From the NCBI GenBank assembly GCA_030679035.1, contig JAUXTH010000002.1, positions 56,132 to 120,131 on the forward strand: 64,000 nt of DNA, given 5' to 3'. The stretch comes from Methylobacter sp. GTDB taxonomy: Bacteria > Pseudomonadota > Gammaproteobacteria > Methylococcales > Methylomonadaceae. The position numbers were made by a program, and so were the translations under genes. Below are positions 57,439-64,000 of the stretch, piece by piece (the first letter of the stretch is position 1; each line of letters begins with the position of its first letter). Under the pieces are notes generated by a model. That model was not told where the DNA came from. It ran no database searches and was given only the letters and a program-made list of their open reading frames with translations.

Positions 57439-59013
57439 ATGAATTTACTCAATGACCGCTGGATACCGGTCATTCGTCAAAATGGGCTGCCGGACACTAT
57501 CGCTCCTTGCCAAATTGTCGAAGCGGATAATCCTGTTGTTGAGATCAATGCGCCAAGACCTGATTTCCAGGGGGCTTTGTACCAGTTGTTAATCGGTTTG
57601 CTGCAAACTTGTTTTTCACCGGAAGATGAAGAGCAATGGTTGGAGTATTGGCGGAAAATTCCGGAGCCGGAAGCATTGCAGGCCTGTTTTGAAAAAGTGG
57701 CGTTTGCGTTCGAGTTGGATGCCGCCGACGGCCCTGCATTTTTGCAGGATTTCGATTTGCCCGATGGAGAAACCAAAGTAATTTCAGCATTATTGATCGA
57801 ATCACCGGGCGGAAAAACACTTAAAGATAATCTCGATCACTTCGTCAAACGCGATAGGGCGAATCAGCTTTGCCCTAGTTGTACTGCAACAGCTTTATTT
57901 ACGCTGCAAACCAATGCGCCTTCCGGCGGCGTTGGTCATCGTGTCGGACTTCGCGGCGGTGGGCCGCTGACAACTTTTATTTTTCCAAAAGTCCCATCGA
58001 CTACTTTATGGCAAAAGCTTTGGTTGAATGTATTGAATCAAGAAGAACTTGAACCTGCTGAAAAAATTGATTCAAGCATCTTACCTTGGCTCGGTAAAAC
58101 CCGTGTTTCTGACAAAGGGCAAATAACCTCGCCTAGCGAAGTTCATCCATTACATGCTTACTGGGGTATGCCTCGTCGTATCCGTTTGACGAAAAAAATA
58201 GAGGATGCCAATTGCGATCTATGCGGCAACCATGCAGAACTTTTATATCAGGCCTACCGAACCAAAAATTACGGCACCAATTACGAAGGCGCTTGGGTGC
58301 ATCCTTTAACACCTTATCGCTTCGACCCGAAAAAGGTCAATCCGCCATTATCCTTGAAAGGTCAGCAAGGTGGCTTAGGTTATCGGCATTGGCTTGGGCT
58401 TACCCTGCAAGACAATGATAACGGCGATAAAGCGTCAAAAACCATACAGTTCTATAACGAAGAGCGCGGCAGAAGCTTACGGGACAATGGCGGGGCTTCG
58501 CTTTGGTGTTTTGGCTACGACATGGACAACATGAAAGCAAGGTGCTGGTATGAATCGCGATTCCCTATCTATTACCTTAGTGAAATGCAACGCAACAATC
58601 TGACGGATTGGGCTGCTGAGTTCGTTAATGCCGCCAAAGAAACCGTCAAAATGCTGCGTGATGAAGTAAAGTCGGCCTGGTTTAATCGCCCGAAAGACGC
58701 CAAGGGCGATATGAGCCAAATCGACGCGCAATTTTGGCAAACCACAGAAACAGATTTTTATCAGTTACTTGAGCAACTGGCAGTGCTCCCAGAGGATACG
58801 CGAATGGCACCGAGTGAAATTTATGCAAGCTGGTATGAAACCCTCAGAAAGCAGATGTTTCAGGTTTTTGAAGCGGCAACCTTGGCATCAACACCGGAAG
58901 ACCTAAATTTAAAGCGGATTGTGAATGCGAAAAAAGCCTTACGCATTAAGTTTTACGGCAACAAAATCATCAAAAATCTCAAAACAAATGCCAAACCAGA
59001 GGGGGCAGCCTGA
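57439..59013 (+). CDS. cas8e: Cascade large subunit Cse1/Cas8e
   Basis: MNLLNDRWIPV N-terminus and GLRGGGPLTTF, collinear with remembered E. coli CasA. Confidence 0.9.
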   Translation: MNLLNDRWIPVIRQNGLPDTIAPCQIVEADNPVVEINAPRPDFQGALYQLLIGLLQTCFSPEDEEQWLEYWRKIPEPEALQACFEKVAFAFELDAADGPAFLQDFDLPDGETKVISALLIESPGGKTLKDNLDHFVKRDRANQLCPSCTATALFTLQTNAPSGGVGHRVGLRGGGPLTTFIFPKVPSTTLWQKLWLNVLNQEELEPAEKIDSSILPWLGKTRVSDKGQITSPSEVHPLHAYWGMPRRIRLTKKIEDANCDLCGNHAELLYQAYRTKNYGTNYEGAWVHPLTPYRFDPKKVNPPLSLKGQQGGLGYRHWLGLTLQDNDNGDKASKTIQFYNEERGRSLRDNGGASLWCFGYDMDNMKARCWYESRFPIYYLSEMQRNNLTDWAAEFVNAAKETVKMLRDEVKSAWFNRPKDAKGDMSQIDAQFWQTTETDFYQLLEQLAVLPEDTRMAPSEIYASWYETLRKQMFQVFEAATLASTPEDLNLKRIVNAKKALRIKFYGNKIIKNLKTNAKPEGAA

Positions 59014-59603
59014 TGAGCGAAGATTATTTTTTAAATGCGGCGGAAAAACAGGCGGTGCATAGCTGGTACGTATGGCTGGACGATAATCGCGGTGACCGAG
59101 CTCGGCTACGCCGCGCGGAAAGCCCGGAAGATATTTTATTGACCGATGCATTTTTTCATTTTTTAGCGAAGATGCCGGAGCAATGGCAACAAAACAAACC
59201 GATGCTGACCAGTGCCAGCATCGCTGGTGCGCTGTCCCATGTTAAAACTGACAAACAAACGCCCAGCAAGCTATACAACAGCAAAGCCACCGATGCGCCG
59301 AAGAAATCGGCTAGTTTCGCCGAACAACTGGCATCGCCGTCGGAAGGCAAAAGCAAGGCTCCGATGAGCGAATTACGTTTTCAGCAATTACAAAAAAGCC
59401 CAACCACCGATGATTTTTATCGCCGGATTATCAGGGCCATTGGACTGCTTGGCGGTAACGTCAATATTATCTCGTTAGCTAACGACATTATTCATTGGCA
59501 TCGTGAGTTTGAGCAGCAAGTCGACCATCGACAGCCTGCTAACCGCCTAGCTGTGCGTTGGGCCACCGATTATTTCACTGCTTTACCTAAAAATTCTGAC
59601 TAA
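59013..59603 (+). CDS. cse2: Cascade small subunit Cse2/Cas11
   Basis: Position and size (196 aa) between cas8e and cas7e. Helical, basic. ATGA-type coupling. Confidence 0.8.
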   Translation: MSEDYFLNAAEKQAVHSWYVWLDDNRGDRARLRRAESPEDILLTDAFFHFLAKMPEQWQQNKPMLTSASIAGALSHVKTDKQTPSKLYNSKATDAPKKSASFAEQLASPSEGKSKAPMSELRFQQLQKSPTTDDFYRRIIRAIGLLGGNVNIISLANDIIHWHREFEQQVDHRQPANRLAVRWATDYFTALPKNSD

Positions 59604-59614
59604 GGAGAGACCAT

Positions 59615-60679
59615 ATGAGCCGCTTTATCCAATTACATTTATTAACCGCTTATCCGCCTGCCAATTTGAATCGTGACGATCAAGGCAGCCCAAAAACTGC
59701 CAAGATGGGCGGTTATGATCGCTTGCGGGTTTCTTCACAATGCTTGAAAAGAACTTGGCGCACATCGGACTTATTTCAAGCTGCAATGAGTGATCATTTG
59801 GGCACACGTACCAAATTATTAGGGATAGATATTTATAACCAGTTAATCGCTGGAGGGATAAAAGAAAAGGACGCCAAAGAATGGACGAAATCCATAGCCG
59901 GGGTATTTGGCGCATTAAAAAAAGCTGAAAAAGACAAACAATTGGCAGACCTTGAGATTGAACAATTAGTTCATGTCAGTCCTGCCGAACTACAGATGAT
60001 GAAAACGCTGACTGAAAAACTCATTGCTGAACAGCGAGCACCGGACGTTGATGAGCTTAAGCTGCTTCGCTTGAATGAACAGGCAGTGGATATTGCCCTG
60101 TTCGGCCGTATGTTAGCTTCCAGCCCCGCTTTTAATATTGAAGCCGCTTGCCAAGTAGCTCACGCCATAAGCGTACATCCAGTGGTGATCGAAGACGATT
60201 ATTTCACCGCTGTCGATGATCTTAATAACGGCTTGGAAGATATGGGCGCGGCTCATATCGGCGAAACCCGCTTCGCAGCCGGTTTGTTCTATTCCTACAT
60301 CTGCATTAACCGGGAATTGCTGATTAAAAATCTGGATGGCAATGAAGACTTGGCAAACAAAGCCATTCGTGCTTTAACCGAAGCGGCGGTTAAAGTCGCT
60401 CCCGAAGGCAAGCAAAACAGCTTTGCGTCCCGCGCTTATGCTTCGTATGTATTGGCGGAAAAGGGCAATCAGCAACCCCGTTCGTTGTCAATTGCCTACC
60501 TCAAACCGATTAACCATCGTGAAAATGAAGATTTCATCGCCGATTCCATTACCGCCATCATTAAACAAAAAGACAGTTTCGATAAGGTCTACGGTGCCTG
60601 TGCGGATACTCGCTGTGAACTGAATGTACCCAAAGAGCAGGGTACTTTGGCTGAGTTGCTGGATTTCGTCGGTCAATAA
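59615..60679 (+). CDS. cas7: Cascade backbone subunit Cas7e (CasC)
   Basis: FIQLHLLTAYPPANLNRDDQGSPKTAKMGGYDRLRVSSQCLKRTWR is a canonical Cas7e N-terminus. Confidence 0.92.
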   Translation: MSRFIQLHLLTAYPPANLNRDDQGSPKTAKMGGYDRLRVSSQCLKRTWRTSDLFQAAMSDHLGTRTKLLGIDIYNQLIAGGIKEKDAKEWTKSIAGVFGALKKAEKDKQLADLEIEQLVHVSPAELQMMKTLTEKLIAEQRAPDVDELKLLRLNEQAVDIALFGRMLASSPAFNIEAACQVAHAISVHPVVIEDDYFTAVDDLNNGLEDMGAAHIGETRFAAGLFYSYICINRELLIKNLDGNEDLANKAIRALTEAAVKVAPEGKQNSFASRAYASYVLAEKGNQQPRSLSIAYLKPINHRENEDFIADSITAIIKQKDSFDKVYGACADTRCELNVPKEQGTLAELLDFVGQ

Positions 60680-60690
60680 AGGGGCACATC

Positions 60691-61473
60691 ATGGACATTC
60701 TGCTATTCCGTCTTTACGGGCCGATGGCAAGCTGGGGTGAAATCGCCGTTGGTGAAAGCCGCCATACTGCCAGTTATCCCAGTAAATCCGCCATTATCGG
60801 CTTGCTGGGAGCCGCATTGGGCATTGCGCGCGGCGACGAACAAAAACAGCAACAGCTTCAACAAGGCTACGCGTTAGCTGTGGAATTATTGACGGCCGGT
60901 AATTTGCTGCGCGATTACCACACCACTCAAGTGCCCGACTCGGTGGGCAAGTTTACTTATCGCACCCGGCGTGATGAACTGATTTTGGGCAAAGAACGCT
61001 TGGGTACCATTTTATCCAGCCGAGAATACCGCACCGACGCTTTGGCGCTGGTTGCGATTCGTGCTTTAGCAGATGCCCCGTTTACGTTGGCTGAAATTCA
61101 GGCGGCTTTGTTACAACCCAAATATCACCTGTACCTGGGGCGCAAATCCTGTCCTTTGGCAGCGCCTTTGCACCCGCAGCTTATAACCGATCAGCTTAAC
61201 TATTATGACGCGTTTAAAGCTTATCAACATAAACCGATGTTGCCGACGTCGATAGCCAGCGATGGAACTTTGGCTAAGCGTGATTATGACTGGTTGGGTC
61301 GGCCGAATGATCGCCATTATTACTGGGAAGGACTGCCGGAGGATTTTTCCGATGATACTTTGGCTTTAACCCGGCGACAAACGCGCACCCGGCATGATCA
61401 GCCGTTATCTCGCAAACGCTGGCAGTTTATGCCGCGCCAAGAGCATTATTTATTCTGTCCGGGAGGTGAGTAA
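60691..61473 (+). CDS. cas5: Cas5e (CasD)
   Basis: LLFRLYGPMASWGEIAVGESRHTASYPSKSAIIGLLGAALGI is a canonical Cas5e N-terminus. Confidence 0.92.
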   Translation: MDILLFRLYGPMASWGEIAVGESRHTASYPSKSAIIGLLGAALGIARGDEQKQQQLQQGYALAVELLTAGNLLRDYHTTQVPDSVGKFTYRTRRDELILGKERLGTILSSREYRTDALALVAIRALADAPFTLAEIQAALLQPKYHLYLGRKSCPLAAPLHPQLITDQLNYYDAFKAYQHKPMLPTSIASDGTLAKRDYDWLGRPNDRHYYWEGLPEDFSDDTLALTRRQTRTRHDQPLSRKRWQFMPRQEHYLFCPGGE

Positions 61474-62345
61474 TGTATTTTTCCAGAGTCTGCATCCGTC
61501 CCAATATTTTCAAATCATCGCAATTAGGGAGGGTACTTGAAGGCAATGTTTACGGTATTCATCGCCTGTTATGGGATTTGTTTCCTGATGACCAGCAAAG
61601 AACTTTTTTATACCGCGAAGAAATTGCTCGTGAACAGTTGGGGGCATTGCCAACTGTACGCGGCGAAGCTGTTTATTATCTGGTATCGCAAACCAAGCCA
61701 ATCGAAACTGAATTATTCAACGTTGACTCGAAGGACTATCAGCCGCAACTGGAAATAGGACAGCGCCTGACATTTGAATGTCGAGCCAATCCAGTTGTGA
61801 CAAGGCAAGGCAAAAAACATGACGTGGTTATGGATGCGCAGCAGCAGTTTTTAAAATTGTTGGTTAAAGAGTTCAATCTTGATACCGATTTGCCAGCCAA
61901 ACAGGAAAAGAGTGCATACAAAAGACTACTGCTGGATAAAGGTGGAGAAACACTCAGCCAGCGGCTTACCGAAATACTGCAAACTGATCCACTTTATGCC
62001 GAACGTCTACAACAGTCTGGGCAGCTTTCTGACCGGCTGGAATGGGCACTAAAAGCCTGTGTCGATAGAACTCTTGAACACTGGTTCATTAAGCAGGGCG
62101 AACGTCTGGGATTCAAGCTGGTTGCTGATAATAACAATTTAAGCAAGCTGCAAAACAGCACTTATCAGTGGCATAGTTTGTCAGAAAAAGGGGGGAAGGG
62201 CGATAAAGCAGGCTTCAGCTCGGTCGATTTTACTGGAGAACTGCAAATAACCGATATGGAGAAATTCAAGGAAGCTTTGTTTATCGGTATTGGGCGATCA
62301 AAGGCATTTGGTTGTGGATTGCTGATGGTACGGCGATGTGGGTAG
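61473..62345 (+). CDS. cas6e: Cas6e (CasE) crRNA endoribonuclease with a non-canonical C-terminal end
   Basis: MYFSRV..HRLLWDLFP.. and GIGRSKAFGCGLL motifs. The last residues, MVRRCG, replace the usual SLA-type ending. Confidence 0.9.
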   Translation: MYFSRVCIRPNIFKSSQLGRVLEGNVYGIHRLLWDLFPDDQQRTFLYREEIAREQLGALPTVRGEAVYYLVSQTKPIETELFNVDSKDYQPQLEIGQRLTFECRANPVVTRQGKKHDVVMDAQQQFLKLLVKEFNLDTDLPAKQEKSAYKRLLLDKGGETLSQRLTEILQTDPLYAERLQQSGQLSDRLEWALKACVDRTLEHWFIKQGERLGFKLVADNNNLSKLQNSTYQWHSLSEKGGKGDKAGFSSVDFTGELQITDMEKFKEALFIGIGRSKAFGCGLLMVRRCG

Positions 62346-62400
62346 GTATTTTAAGCACCAAGTTTTTAGTCTGCGGGCTGTCATTTTTGGATGTTTGCGA

Positions 62401-62637
62401 ATGATCTTACAAGTAACAAATGTCAAATATCTGCATGATTATCAATTGTGGCTAAGGTTCAATGATGATTCGGAAGGCATCGTCGATTTAGACGGCGAAC
62501 TGTGGGGAACTGTTTTTGATTCACTTAATGACCTGACTTTATTCAGTCAGGCTAAATTGGATAAAGAGTTGGCTACCGTGGTTTGGCCTAACGGGGCGGA
62601 TTTTGCTCCTGAGTTTCTACATGCGTTATTAAAGTGA
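62401..62637 (+). CDS. DUF2442-family protein
   Basis: VTNVKYLHDYQLWLRFNDDSEGIVDL...LDKELATVVWPNGADFAPEFL is a typical DUF2442 pattern. ATG at 62401. Confidence 0.75.
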   Translation: MILQVTNVKYLHDYQLWLRFNDDSEGIVDLDGELWGTVFDSLNDLTLFSQAKLDKELATVVWPNGADFAPEFLHALLK

Positions 62638-62648
62638 TAACCAGATGA

Positions 62649-62711
62649 GTTTACGGCATAGGCCCCGCCAAAGCCTTCGGTTGCGGCCTGCTTTCTTTAG
62701 CAAGGATTTAA
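62649..62711 (+). pseudogene. Displaced remnant of a Cas6e C-terminus
   Basis: Translates to VYGIGPAKAFGCGLLSLARI*, which is the canonical CasE ending. It differs from the current cas6e 3' end mainly at synonymous positions. Confidence 0.7.
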
Positions 62712-62754
62712 GTGAAACTTATATTCAGTTCATTGCAAAACGCGCGAGAACACT

Positions 62755-63030
62755 ATGAATCTATCAAAAAACATTAAACCGATTAGCTATCTCAAGGCTA
62801 ATGCGGCGCAAGTCGCTTTGGAACCAAAAGATTCCGGGCAAGCGATGGTCATTACTCAAAACAGCGAAGCCACTATGATTGTACAGTCCGTTGCTGAGTA
62901 CGAACGCATGCAAGAAACTTTGGCATTGTTGAAAATGCTGGCGCAAAGCCAACAAGCGGTCAGTTTAGGGAAAACCATCCCCAGTGCGGATGCCTTTAGC
63001 CAATTGCGTGCGCGGCGCGGGCTAGCATGA
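62755..63030 (+). CDS. Phd/YefM-family antitoxin
   Basis: KPISYLKANAAQV.....G.AMVITQNSEATMIVQSVAEYERMQETLALLKML. 4-nt overlap with the toxin ORF. Confidence 0.8.
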   Translation: MNLSKNIKPISYLKANAAQVALEPKDSGQAMVITQNSEATMIVQSVAEYERMQETLALLKMLAQSQQAVSLGKTIPSADAFSQLRARRGLA

Positions 63031-63353
63031 CGCTGGAGGTTGTTCTCTCGGAACCGGCGTTGACTGACTTACTGGATATTAATGATTATTACCTATGCGA
63101 AGTCAGTGATCGCGTTGCAGGTAAGATCATTGATGGCTTGGAAGTCGCTGTAAACAATTTAGCTGAATTTCCTGATCGGGGCAGTATTCCGAAGGAGTTG
63201 TTGTCTTTGGGGATTCGGTAGTATCGGCAAGTGATTGAAAAGCCTTATCGGATTATTTATGAAACATTTGCCGATAAAATTGTATTTCATGCAATACTCG
63301 ATGGACGGCGCGATATGGAAAGTTTACTCATGCAGCGTATTTTACGTGGATGA
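63027..63353 (+). pseudogene. ParE/RelE-family toxin interrupted by an in-frame TAG
   Basis: A 109-codon frame with TAG at codon 65 (63219..63221). Downstream, in the same frame, it reads YRQVIEKPYRIIYETFADKIVFHAILDGRRDME.., the conserved toxin C-half. Confidence 0.75.
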
Positions 63354-63421
63354 GATTAGCCGCTCGCTTCCAAGCTGGAGCTATCATTGTTATACACAAG
63401 TATCTGCTAGTCACAACGGTT

Positions 63422-63569
63422 CGTCATCCCGGCAGGGATTGCCGGGATCCAGTGCACAGGGATGTGAATGCTTGGTTTGACAAAGTAATTCTGCGTAGCA
63501 AGGCTTGTTGCCAGCTTCGGCATTGCCATCCATGGCTTCTGGATTCCGGCAATCCCTGCCGGAATGACG
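63422..63569. mobile_element. 148-bp MITE-like element with 31-bp terminal inverted repeats
   Basis: The left arm is CGTCATCCCGGCAGGGATTGCCGGGATCCAG. The reverse complement of 63539..63569 is CGTCATTCCGGCAGGGATTGCCGGAATCCAG, a 29/31 match. Each arm is itself a hairpin. Track ORFs 63350..63685 and 63407..63766 run through it. Confidence 0.6.
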
Positions 63570-63611
63570 TGCTTTCCGCTCATTCCAAAACCTCTTATTA
63601 CCGGAGTAACC

Positions 63612-64000
63612 ATGCTTCCACCCCTAAGACCCATCACCATGAAAGAACGTGTCTCCATGGCTTTTATCGAAAAAGGCCAGGTTGACGTTAAAGACGGCGC
63701 TTTCGTTGTCATCGACGAAACCGGCATCAGAACCCATATCCCGGTCGGCAGTATCGCCTGCATCATGCTCGAACCGGGGACGCGGGTTTCTCATCAGGCC
63801 GTCACTTTGGCCGCCAGAGCCGGAACCTTGCTGGTCTGGGTCGGCGAGGCTGGGGTTCGGCTTTATGCTTCCGGTCAGCCGGGCGGGGCGCGTTCGGATC
63901 GCTTGCTGTATCAGGCCAAATTGGCATTGGACGATGTCGCGCGGTTAAAAGTGGTGCGCAAAATGTACGAAATCCGTTTTGGCGAGAAACCGCCGGAACG
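63612..64000 (+). CDS. cas1: Cas1 (type I-E), N-terminal part; continues past window end
   Basis: My own translation gives MLPPLRPITMKERVSMAFIEKGQVDVKDGAFVVIDETGIRTHIPVGSIACIMLEPGTRVSHQAVTLAARAGTLLVWVGEAGVRLYASGQPGGARSDRLLYQAKLAL.., nearly collinear with remembered E. coli Cas1. A GGAG SD lies 5 nt upstream. It is not in the ORF track because there is no stop codon in the window. Confidence 0.92.
   Translation, partial: MLPPLRPITMKERVSMAFIEKGQVDVKDGAFVVIDETGIRTHIPVGSIACIMLEPGTRVSHQAVTLAARAGTLLVWVGEAGVRLYASGQPGGARSDRLLYQAKLALDDVARLKVVRKMYEIRFGEKPPE

Noticed and set aside
63235-63766. Track ORFs 63235..63480, 63350..63685 (+) and 63407..63766 (-).
   Set aside because: They are explained by the out-of-frame tail of the parE pseudogene, the MITE at 63422..63569, and the antisense or off-frame of cas1.

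Overview
This is a 64-kb chromosomal window that looks gammaproteobacterial. A methylotroph/methanotroph-like host is my inference from gene content (xfp-ackA, pabB plus a methanopterin-type kinase, REP families) and cannot be verified here.

The left third is housekeeping: amgK-like (partial), lptD-surA, rnd, pabB, a cold-shock/RRM pair, ppnN and topB. The middle is signalling and carbon metabolism: a CheB/CheR-PAS fusion, PAS-GGDEF-EAL, xfp-ackA, eutBC, glgP, and a tandemly duplicated [EAL-CBS-GGDEF + MCP] module. After it comes a galE-glycosyltransferase-PAP2 operon.

The right end (52.8-64 kb) is a type I-E CRISPR-Cas locus: WYL regulator, cas3, cas8e-cse2-cas7-cas5-cas6e, cas1 (partial). 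It is unusually mosaic:
- hicBA lies between cas3 and cas8e.
- A DUF2442 gene has displaced the original cas6e 3' end.
- A phd/parE pair, whose toxin carries an in-frame amber stop, and a 148-bp MITE sit before cas1.

The most interesting signal is a two-repeat, one-spacer mini-CRISPR that overlaps the cas3 stop codon and is oriented antisense to the cas genes. The PAM-proximal 16 nt of its spacer match a site 69 bp away at 15/16 positions. The only mismatch is at position 6, and the site is flanked by the canonical AAG PAM. Next to it is a 36-codon hydrophobic-peptide ORF with a strong SD. This fits a CreA/CreR-like, Cascade-guided self-regulatory or addiction module (hypothesis).

Other notable structure:
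- A RelE/ParE cassette is flanked by a diverged 135-bp duplication of the eutC 3' end.
- A family of TIR elements abuts stop codons.
- There are several REP/MITE families.
- A DnaA-box cluster lies in a 700-bp ORF-free gap.

Everything here is from reading the sequence and remembered family motifs. No searches were run.
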